DNA of 52,193 nucleotides from a virus (Duplodnaviria; Caudoviricetes): IMG/VR virus record IMGVR_UViG_3300027754_000129, positions 1 to 52,193 of that record; one strand, 5' to 3'. Shown piece by piece: positions 44,891 to 52,193 of this stretch (position 1 is its first letter; each line of letters starts with the position of its first letter). The notes under the pieces were generated by a model. It saw only the letters and a program-made list of their open reading frames with translations, ran no database searches and was not told where the DNA came from. The position numbers and the translations under genes were made by a program.

Positions 44891-45199
44891 ATGGAAAAAA
44901 AATATATAAAACAGATTCTTAGAGAAGCCCTTGATATAATAGGCGAAGCCAAAGAGGAAAAAAAGAAAAAAAATATTAAAAAAGATTACGTAGATATACA
45001 AAATGCCTTTAAAAAAGAATTATCACCTTCTCAAGTAGGGGTAATGAAAGATGCATTAGGGTGGGACGATGATGAAGAAGGAGCAAACAGGTCACTATTT
45101 GGTAAAATGCTACACCAAGATAAAAATGACAATGGTTCATACTACCAGTTTAATGATAAACAACTGGCAAAAATTAGAACATCGCTAAACCTTAAATAA
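44891..45199 (+). CDS. Hypothetical protein with capsid-targeting-like leader (YIKQILREAL..IGE)
   Basis: TATTTAT at 44862; own terminator. Confidence 0.65.
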   Translation: MEKKYIKQILREALDIIGEAKEEKKKKNIKKDYVDIQNAFKKELSPSQVGVMKDALGWDDDEEGANRSLFGKMLHQDKNDNGSYYQFNDKQLAKIRTSLNLK

Positions 45200-45207
45200 T
45201 AAAACTT

Positions 45208-45235
45208 AAACCCTCGAAAAAATCGGGGGTTTTTT
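45208..45235 (+). terminator. Intrinsic terminator
   Basis: ACCCTCGA-AAAAA-TCGGGGGT then T-run. Confidence 0.8.
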
Positions 45236-45309
45236 ATTCCCCAAAAAAATAAATTTGTTTTCTTAATTTATTTATTATACTTTTGCCATAAACATTAAAA
45301 CGATACACC

Positions 45310-45915
45310 ATGGCAGTAGAACTTAAAAAATTATCGAACTTAGAGTATAATGAACTAATTACTCTGGCAGTTATTGAAAGTGATGAGGACTTAACAAATA
45401 TCTTTAGAGATGATGTCCCATTATCATTTAATATATTAAGGTCAATTATCCAAAAAAATGAACTTAACCCACAAACCAAAGAACTATTAAAAGATATCTT
45501 TGAAGGTATTATATTAACAAGCAAACAGCTTATTGAAAAATATGTTAACCTAGGTGGGAAATCCATACAGAATACAATAGAACATATTATAGAAACAAAA
45601 ATCGAAGAACCAATAGTTGAAGAAATTAATAAACCAAAAAAGAAAGAAAAAACATTACCAAAATGGTATGGCAAACAAAGACTAGAAAAAGAAATTGCTG
45701 AACAAGGTGGTAAAGCAACACCAACACAAAGAGCAATGCTTGAATTAAATGAATTGAAAAATATTTATTCAAACCTATTGGCTAGAGGTATCAAAGATAT
45801 AGAAACTGGTACCAATTTATTATCTGATGAAGATTGTAGGAAAATAACATCAGTTATTAAAATAGCAAAAAGACAATTATCTGAAATTATTAAAAAAAAT
45901 AAAAACCTAGATTGA
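45310..45915 (+). CDS. Hypothetical protein
   Basis: 201-aa ORF; promoter TTTG 45254 / TACTTTTG 45278. Confidence 0.65.
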   Translation: MAVELKKLSNLEYNELITLAVIESDEDLTNIFRDDVPLSFNILRSIIQKNELNPQTKELLKDIFEGIILTSKQLIEKYVNLGGKSIQNTIEHIIETKIEEPIVEEINKPKKKEKTLPKWYGKQRLEKEIAEQGGKATPTQRAMLELNELKNIYSNLLARGIKDIETGTNLLSDEDCRKITSVIKIAKRQLSEIIKKNKNLD

Positions 45916-45976
45916 TAATTTGTTTTATAACTTATTTTATTTAAATTTGCATTCTAATCATTAATAAATAACTAAA

Positions 45977-46501
45977 ATGGAAACTAATTTTTGGACACCC
46001 AAATCAATCTTTAAAGGTAAAAGAGCCGATGGCTCAAATTATAAAGTTGCTGAATGGGAATTCGGTAGTATAGGTAGCCTTACAAATGAAAACGATGGCG
46101 CTGGACTTGGTTTTATTATTGGACTATGCCTTTTCTTGCTTACACTATCAATAACAACACCATTATTATTATTATATTGTATATTCACCTATAATGGTAA
46201 AATACAAAAAGCTAGTGTGTTTGCTATAATTAGCGCATCCTATTTTCTATTCGATTTGCATAAAAAATGGGTTGTATATATTATGAATAATATCGCTTTT
46301 AAACCAGAAACATTAAAAATGTTAACTGCAATAACAATTGCCAGTCTTGTTTGCCATATAGTATTAGTAGTAGCTGCTATAATAACAAAAGGTGATATGT
46401 ATGATGAACGAACATCAAAAGAAAATAAAGAAAAAAATACAATAATATTATTTTTTACTTTGCTCATTTCTTTTATTGTAACATATAATATATTTGCATA
46501 A
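45977..46501 (+). CDS. Multi-pass membrane protein
   Basis: Four hydrophobic segments; promoter TAAATTTG at 45942. Confidence 0.65.
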   Translation: METNFWTPKSIFKGKRADGSNYKVAEWEFGSIGSLTNENDGAGLGFIIGLCLFLLTLSITTPLLLLYCIFTYNGKIQKASVFAIISASYFLFDLHKKWVVYIMNNIAFKPETLKMLTAITIASLVCHIVLVVAAIITKGDMYDERTSKENKEKNTIILFFTLLISFIVTYNIFA

Positions 46502-46553
46502 TTCATTTATTGTTTTTATCTTTACGGAATAGAAACCAATTAACCTTAATATC

Positions 46554-46880
46554 ATGAGAAGAATATCTTATAGTAACGAAAATGAATTAGCCAAAACACA
46601 TCAAAAAGATTTGCTTAATTTTTTTGCTATGCTATACGCAGATGCTAGATTGAAAGACAAAACAATATTCGTTAATACAATAGAATATAAAGATGATGTT
46701 AAAACACCTACAATGATTAATGTTAAAATTAAATTCCAATCATTTAAAAAATCTGAACTAAATGGTAAAGTACTTAGTAAAGGTAGCTTTTATGAATGGT
46801 GTAGCTATAGAGCAAAATCATTCGTGTGTTCAAATAACTCAATTAAACTAATAGAGAACCCTACATTAATAAATGTTTAA
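46554..46880 (+). CDS. Hypothetical protein
   Basis: ORF track. Confidence 0.6.
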   Translation: MRRISYSNENELAKTHQKDLLNFFAMLYADARLKDKTIFVNTIEYKDDVKTPTMINVKIKFQSFKKSELNGKVLSKGSFYEWCSYRAKSFVCSNNSIKLIENPTLINV

Positions 46881-46899
46881 CCAATAAACTAAAATAGCC

Positions 46900-47172
46900 A
46901 TGTTAAAAATAAGCCAAATAATCCCGAAAGAACAAAAAGATATTATAATAAACGCATTAACAATTCGTGAAATACAATTGAAAAAAGATGCATTGATATA
47001 TACTGGAGATGACCTGCAAGATATAAACTATGAATTGTTTGATATTAATACACTAAAAAAAATATTGCAATATGAAATTAATGTAGTATTAAATGATTTA
47101 CAATATGAACATTTTAGCTCTATAAATAAAGTAGATTTCCCAATATATGATGTAAACACAATTATTTTTTAA
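46900..47172 (+). CDS. Hypothetical protein
   Basis: ORF track. Confidence 0.55.
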   Translation: MLKISQIIPKEQKDIIINALTIREIQLKKDALIYTGDDLQDINYELFDINTLKKILQYEINVVLNDLQYEHFSSINKVDFPIYDVNTIIF

Positions 47173-47231
47173 ATAAATTTTGAAAATTGAATTATTATTC
47201 TTAAATTTGATAAAAATTAAAACTAACCACT

Positions 47232-47576
47232 ATGAAAGACATCGTAACAACAATCCTAAATTTAGATGAAGTTTTTGAAAATATGAACATAGCAGAAACT
47301 ATTGAACTGCTTTCATCTATAAAAGAATCTAAAAAAGATTTGGAAAAACTAAAACGCAAAGTAGAAAGAACAATAGAGTTAAATCAGTATTTTGAAATCT
47401 CTAACGATGAAGAACAAAAAACATTATCTAAAATTGAAACACAATTACATTATATAGATATGAATATTAGAGTTCTGGAAAATGCCCTGCTTTGCCATGA
47501 AACAAAAATATTCCAAAAAAGAACTATATATGGTAAATTCGTAATGGACTTTAAATTTATTTTATCACTAAATTAA
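47232..47576 (+). CDS. Coiled-coil hypothetical protein
   Basis: ORF; promoter TAAATTTG at 47202. Confidence 0.6.
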   Translation: MKDIVTTILNLDEVFENMNIAETIELLSSIKESKKDLEKLKRKVERTIELNQYFEISNDEEQKTLSKIETQLHYIDMNIRVLENALLCHETKIFQKRTIYGKFVMDFKFILSLN

Positions 47577-47634
47577 TTTGTTTTCTAATTTATTATTCAT
47601 ACATTTGTTCAATAATCACTAATAACTAAAAACT

Positions 47635-47940
47635 ATGGCTAGAAAAACTAAAACATTCGATGTGATGACATTTAAAACATATGTTAATCAACAACTATCA
47701 AGAACAGATGATTATGCAACAGAAAGCTTTAAAAGTGGTCTATGTGTAACATTAGAAGAAGTATTACATAAAACTGGTAACTATAATGGATTTAATGATT
47801 TGTATTGGCTAGAAACTGGATATGACCAATGGAGAACAATAGGTAAAGAAATCGAAGTTTGGGAAGAAAAAAAAACATACATATACGGAACACCAGATTC
47901 CAAATATAAAGGAAATAAATACTCAAGAAGATACTACTAA
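47635..47940 (+). CDS. Hypothetical protein (LE.VLH.TGNY.GF type)
   Basis: ORF; promoter TACATTTG at 47600. Confidence 0.65.
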   Translation: MARKTKTFDVMTFKTYVNQQLSRTDDYATESFKSGLCVTLEEVLHKTGNYNGFNDLYWLETGYDQWRTIGKEIEVWEEKKTYIYGTPDSKYKGNKYSRRYY

Positions 47941-47943
47941 TTT

Positions 47944-48150
47944 ATGATTGATATAATAGGTTACATCGGAACAATCCTTGTCTTAATATCCTTCGCTATG
48001 AAAGATATAAAGAAATTAAGAATCATAAACATAATAGCTTGTGTTATCTTTGTGTATTATAGCTACCTTATAAACGCTATGCCAAATATAATACTAAACA
48101 TACTTGTTATTATGCTTAACCTATACTACCTTATTAAAAAAGAAAATTAA
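47944..48150 (+). CDS. YgjV-like small inner-membrane protein
   Basis: IGYIGT.LVLISF.MKDIKKLR.INIIAC..F..Y. Confidence 0.7.
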   Translation: MIDIIGYIGTILVLISFAMKDIKKLRIINIIACVIFVYYSYLINAMPNIILNILVIMLNLYYLIKKEN

Positions 48151-48172
48151 TTAATTTTATACCCCTACAATT

Positions 48173-48439
48173 ATGGAAGCTATTTTCAATACCAAAACAA
48201 AACAATTAACAATAACTGGAACTGAAATAAAAGACTTTGATGAAATTGTCCCAAATGATGATGAACAAGATTATTGGAATTGTATATACGATAAATCAAA
48301 CGGAAACGCAATATACGATATAAACCTTTATATCTACCATAATCAATATAACCTGCAATTAGTTAACCTTATCGATAATAACGAAGGTGAAATAATAATG
48401 GGTCATGATTACCAAACAATACAATTAACAATAATATAA
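48173..48439 (+). CDS. Hypothetical protein
   Basis: ORF track. Confidence 0.55.
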   Translation: MEAIFNTKTKQLTITGTEIKDFDEIVPNDDEQDYWNCIYDKSNGNAIYDINLYIYHNQYNLQLVNLIDNNEGEIIMGHDYQTIQLTII

Positions 48440-48459
48440 ACAATTAAAATAAAAATACC

Positions 48460-49266
48460 ATGCCAAACCATGTAACAAATATCCTAAAAATAATTGGTGA
48501 TGAAAAAACCGTTAAAGAAATTATGGACTCACTTAAAAATGATGAATCTCCTTTGGACTTTAATAAAATACATAAAATGCCAGAAGAACTTAAAAATACT
48601 TCAAGCCCAGTTAATGTAGTAACAGAAAAAGAATATAAAAAAGAATTGAAAATATATAACGAGAAAAAAGAAAATGATACCCTTAAACATTGGGAAACAT
48701 TACCCATAACCGAAAAAATGCAACAAGACCTTATTAAAAAATATGGTACTGATAATTGGTACGATTGGGCAGTTAATAATTGGGGTACAAAATGGAACGC
48801 TTACGATGTTAATCCTATGTCAGAAAATCAAATCCAATTCTCAACTGCTTGGTCCACACCAACAATATTAATGGAAAGACTTTCTATGATTAACCCAGAT
48901 GTCGAAATCGAAGTTAGCTATGCCGATGAAGATACTGGTAGCAATGTTGGTATGTATAAATTAGTTGATGGTACATACACATTTACCAAAATACCAAAAC
49001 AAGGTAGTTTAGAAGCCATAGAAATGGCTATCGATATTAAAGGGGAAGATGAATACTTCTTTGATGAATACATCTCTTATATCGAAGAAAATGACCTTAA
49101 CCATGACCATACATTAAAAATAATTGAACTAGTTCATAAAAAAGGTAAACTATACGAAAGCTACCCAGTTCATATCCTTAATATATTAAAAGAAATGGCG
49201 CTGGATGATGAACAATATGAACGAGTTGCTGAAATACAAAAAATAATGGAAAAAACACAAATATAA
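48460..49266 (+). CDS. YubB/DUF1281-like ferredoxin-fold protein with a UVR-like tail
   Basis: MPNHV.N.L.I, DFNKI..MPEEL, WYDW...NWGTKWNA, F.TAWS.P, YADED.G; ALDDEQYERVAEIQ. Confidence 0.8.
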   Translation: MPNHVTNILKIIGDEKTVKEIMDSLKNDESPLDFNKIHKMPEELKNTSSPVNVVTEKEYKKELKIYNEKKENDTLKHWETLPITEKMQQDLIKKYGTDNWYDWAVNNWGTKWNAYDVNPMSENQIQFSTAWSTPTILMERLSMINPDVEIEVSYADEDTGSNVGMYKLVDGTYTFTKIPKQGSLEAIEMAIDIKGEDEYFFDEYISYIEENDLNHDHTLKIIELVHKKGKLYESYPVHILNILKEMALDDEQYERVAEIQKIMEKTQI

Positions 49267-49275
49267 TACAAATAC

Positions 49276-49310
49276 GAAATGACATATTAATCTATATGTC
49301 ATTTCTTTTT
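49276..49310 (+). terminator. Intrinsic terminator
   Basis: GAAATGACATAT-TAATCT-ATATGTCATTTC then T-run. Confidence 0.8.
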
Positions 49311-49340
49311 ATATATACCTTAACCTAATAATATTATACC

Positions 49341-49547
49341 ATGAATAAGTTTTTGAAAAATGACCTAATTGAAATCCTGCAAAACCCTATGAACGTCACC
49401 ATAACAAAAGGTAATGTTAATGGATTCTCAATAGAAATAGAATTTATACAAGAAAGAATATTTGAAAGCTATCTGTATAAAGATAATGAACTTAAAAGAG
49501 ATAACGACCTTAAACATATTATAACCCTTATAAAAGAAAAAGTGTAA
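49341..49547 (+). CDS. Hypothetical protein
   Basis: ORF track. Confidence 0.55.
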   Translation: MNKFLKNDLIEILQNPMNVTITKGNVNGFSIEIEFIQERIFESYLYKDNELKRDNDLKHIITLIKEKV

Positions 49548-49608
49548 ATAAATTTGTAACTTAATTTATTTATCCATACATTTATAAAAAAATATAAAAC
49601 TATATCCT

Positions 49609-50070
49609 ATGAACATATTTGCACTAGACGAAAATCCAAAAAAATGCGCAGAATATCACAACGATAAACATGTCGTTAAAATGATTCTTGAAACTGCTCA
49701 ACTACTTTGTGGTTCCCATTGGGTTAATGGGAATCAAGCACCTTATAAACTATCACATAAAAATCACCCATCAGCAATATGGACAAGAGAATGTATCGAA
49801 AACTATTCTTGGCTTTGTGAACTAGGTATCGAACTATCCAAAGAATATACACATAGATATAATAAAATACATAAATCACAAAATATCATAGAATGGTGTA
49901 TCGATAATAAACCAAATATAAAAAGTAATAAAACTATTACACCTTTCGCACTAGCTATGCCTATACATTGTAAACTAAATGACCCAGTAGAATCATATAG
50001 AGAATACTATAGAACTGAAAAAAAAGACCTAGCCAATTGGAAAAATAGACAAATACCATACTGGTTCTAA
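49609..50070 (+). CDS. Pyrimidine-dimer DNA glycosylase / endonuclease V-like protein
   Basis: MNIF.LD..P..CA..H.DKHVVKMILETAQLL, H.NHP...W, EY..RY.K.HKS, YR.YY..EK. Confidence 0.85.
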   Translation: MNIFALDENPKKCAEYHNDKHVVKMILETAQLLCGSHWVNGNQAPYKLSHKNHPSAIWTRECIENYSWLCELGIELSKEYTHRYNKIHKSQNIIEWCIDNKPNIKSNKTITPFALAMPIHCKLNDPVESYREYYRTEKKDLANWKNRQIPYWF

Positions 50071-50270
50071 TTTATATAAATTAATAATATGGATACAATA
50101 TATACAATACTCATTATACTAGGTGCAACATTCTGCCCTATATTTACCCTAGCTGTTATAACATTTAAACTTAATATGAATGCTACCGCAATAATATTAC
50201 TCATTATGAGCCTAATCAAAAAATCAAACGATAATGATAATGATAAATAACTATTAACACATAAAACACT

Positions 50271-50531
50271 ATGAAAACATTAAACATAAACGGAAGATAT
50301 ATACAATATCAAATACACTCAAACGCAAATGAAATATATACAGAATATTGGACAGAATTCTATGAAGGTTATACCATAATACCATATAAACAATATCTGT
50401 TCTTTGGAAAACAATATGTACAATATAAACCAATTTACCTATTTACACTACATATCGATATAGAAGATAATATATACTCAGATGATGAAATTAATTCCCT
50501 TATCCAAAAATATATAAATAAAATAATATGA
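50271..50531 (+). CDS. Hypothetical protein
   Basis: ORF track. Confidence 0.5.
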   Translation: MKTLNINGRYIQYQIHSNANEIYTEYWTEFYEGYTIIPYKQYLFFGKQYVQYKPIYLFTLHIDIEDNIYSDDEINSLIQKYINKII

Positions 50532-50962
50532 AATATTTATACATAATACTAATAATAATTATACCCATTAAAGCATTCCCACAATGGAACTATGCAGAAT
50601 ATACCGATTCAATAGAAAATCAAAAATACTCAATAGCATATAATAAAAACCTTAGAATCGAAAAAACACATAACTTTATTACCCTATCAATCCTAGATAC
50701 AAACCTTTTAACTTATAATAGAAATGTTAAACTATCCTTTATATCAAATAACCTTATCCATTCTTTCATCACAACCTCTAAAATATATAAAGGTAATATG
50801 CTTATATCTTATAAACTAAATAATGAAATATACCTTAAATATTTTAAATATGCAGATAAAATAATAATACAAATAATTCCAGATAATTATAATAAAGCAA
50901 AAACATATATCTTCTATGCTAAAAATACACTAGATGCATATAACTTTATCGTAACACATTAA
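50528..50962 (+). CDS. Putative exported protein
   Basis: Signal-like MKYLYIILIIIIPIKAFPQW. Confidence 0.55.
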   Translation: MKYLYIILIIIIPIKAFPQWNYAEYTDSIENQKYSIAYNKNLRIEKTHNFITLSILDTNLLTYNRNVKLSFISNNLIHSFITTSKIYKGNMLISYKLNNEIYLKYFKYADKIIIQIIPDNYNKAKTYIFYAKNTLDAYNFIVTH

Positions 50963-50966
50963 AACA

Positions 50967-51260
50967 ATGATTGACTGGAATAACGTAAAACAAAATACCA
51001 ATATCAATATAATAATAATTGAAAATAATATACAATATAATCTAGTAGCCGAACTATTAGACTATGACTGGTCGCCACATAGAGAACCTCTACTAGCTAA
51101 CATTATTATCAAAGAAACTAATCAACAATTCTGTAACGTAGGTGATATACTCAAACTACCAATAATAACTAAACCAGATATACAATGCATCCTAGTAGCT
51201 CCAAAATATATGCTACCTAATAACCAAATTATTAAAACAATTAATATCACCCTGCAATAA
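50967..51260 (+). CDS. Hypothetical protein
   Basis: ORF track. Confidence 0.5.
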   Translation: MIDWNNVKQNTNINIIIIENNIQYNLVAELLDYDWSPHREPLLANIIIKETNQQFCNVGDILKLPIITKPDIQCILVAPKYMLPNNQIIKTINITLQ

Positions 51261-51269
51261 TTAATAAAC

Positions 51270-51461
51270 GTGAATATACTTCATAAATTCTTTATAATAT
51301 ATAATAATAAACCTTATAGAATTATGTTCGCACATATGTCAGATGATAAATACTATAAAACTTTTACCCATAAAGATATTATACAATCTGTAGAAATTTC
51401 ACAAGAAGAATACGCAGCAAATCTACTCGAATTTATCCTTACTAATAAAATTAGTACATAA
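51270..51461 (+). CDS. Hypothetical protein
   Basis: ORF track (GTG start). Confidence 0.4.
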   Translation: MNILHKFFIIYNNKPYRIMFAHMSDDKYYKTFTHKDIIQSVEISQEEYAANLLEFILTNKIST

Positions 51462-51476
51462 CTTAAATATTGAAAA

Positions 51477-51496
51477 ATGTACACTTTTGTGTACAT
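51477..51496. promoter_or_regulatory. Palindrome ATGTACAC-N4-GTGTACAT, copy 2
   Basis: Same arms as 44805-44824; variant at 51994-52013. Confidence 0.5.
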
Positions 51497-51736
51497 ATTA
51501 AACCCATTTTTATATACCACTATTAATCAGATACATATAAAATATATATACTTTATTGTACTTATATTAGCACGTAGCTTTTTTTTATGAGTTTTTTAAT
51601 AAAAATGGGAAATTGTGGTAAAAAGTGGTAAATGATGTAAGAATTCTAATCGTAAAATAGGGAATGCTTTATATATGCCCATATAATAAGGGTTTAATGT
51701 GTTTGTAGTAGGGTAAAAGATAAATTTATATGAGTG

Positions 51737-51784
51737 TAAAATATAATAGACTATGATAAAATATAATAGACTATAATAAAATAT
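51737..51784 (+). repeat. 20-bp tandem repeat, about 2.4 copies
   Basis: TAAAATATAATAGACTAT(G/A)A x2 plus TAAAATAT. Confidence 0.8.
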
Positions 51785-52193
51785 TGGTAATAGGTTTATA
51801 CTATCCGTAAACTCTTAAGCAATTTTCCATTGGAAATTTTTGAGCATACATATCCCAGTGTTCTAAACGGAACATAATAACTCATAGTATCCTCTGTGGA
51901 ACAATTACTATTATATAGACAATAGTTTTCTACTCCATAACTTATACAGTTTTAGTTATAACGATTCACACTTTATTAATAGGGTATTCTACTATATACA
52001 CAAATGTGTACACAGGTACCAGATAACAAGCAATACAGCTGAAAATAATATTTTAATTTAAGTTTGCATATAATAAATTATTTAATTAATAATAGGGTAT
52101 AAGTTATCCATCATTATACTATCTGGTATAATACCATAGGGTATAATTAGGGTAAACGCTAATATAACCATAAAAATCCATATACGCAAATAA

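Noticed and set aside
1-52193. Alternative genetic code (TAG or TGA recoding as in some large phages)
   Set aside because: Long conserved genes are intact in code 11 and TAG/TGA end genes normally; the only interruption seen is a single TAA at 7818.
1-52193. Bacterial chromosome origin for infC, smpB, rnr, prs, folA
   Set aside because: None is in its usual operon (no rpmI-rplT after infC, no thyA by folA, no rplY after prs), and they are interspersed with ORFans, RNA ligases and homing nucleases.

Overview
Very AT-rich, gene-dense, almost entirely + strand segment with no virion structural or core replication genes. It reads as the accessory/host-takeover region of a large (jumbo-type) phage infecting Bacteroidota. 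The host call rests on about 19 TAnnTTTG (-7) promoter boxes, most with a TTTG/NTTG -33 box 19-20 nt upstream, a Bacteroidota-type short sigma70, a DUF3127-type SSB and a lipoprotein with D-S/T glycosylation sequons. It uses the standard genetic code. Recognisable genes: an RNA-repair block (kinase/2H-phosphoesterase, Nudix, Rnl1, Rnl2, HAD), translation/quality-control genes (IF3, SmpB, RNase R, Smr, tRNA-binding OB fold), nucleotide metabolism (DHFR, dCMP deaminase, Prs), HNH/GIY-YIG nucleases and many small ORFans. Most striking unannotated structure: (1) an integron-like cassette system at 32.7-41 kb, with attC-like hairpins and ATNG-N4-TAAC / GTTA-N4-NNGT ends whose N4 is complementary within a cassette; the largest cassettes carry capsid-targeting-like leaders fused to effector-like domains. 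(2) A leader-peptide attenuator with a terminator/antiterminator switch upstream of the RNA-repair genes. (3) A tandem array of LGKP-(xxSV)n mini-genes beside a DUF6745-like gene. (4) A string of five structured RNAs, two of them tRNA mimics without a normal anticodon arm. All family calls are motif recognition by eye; no searches were run.
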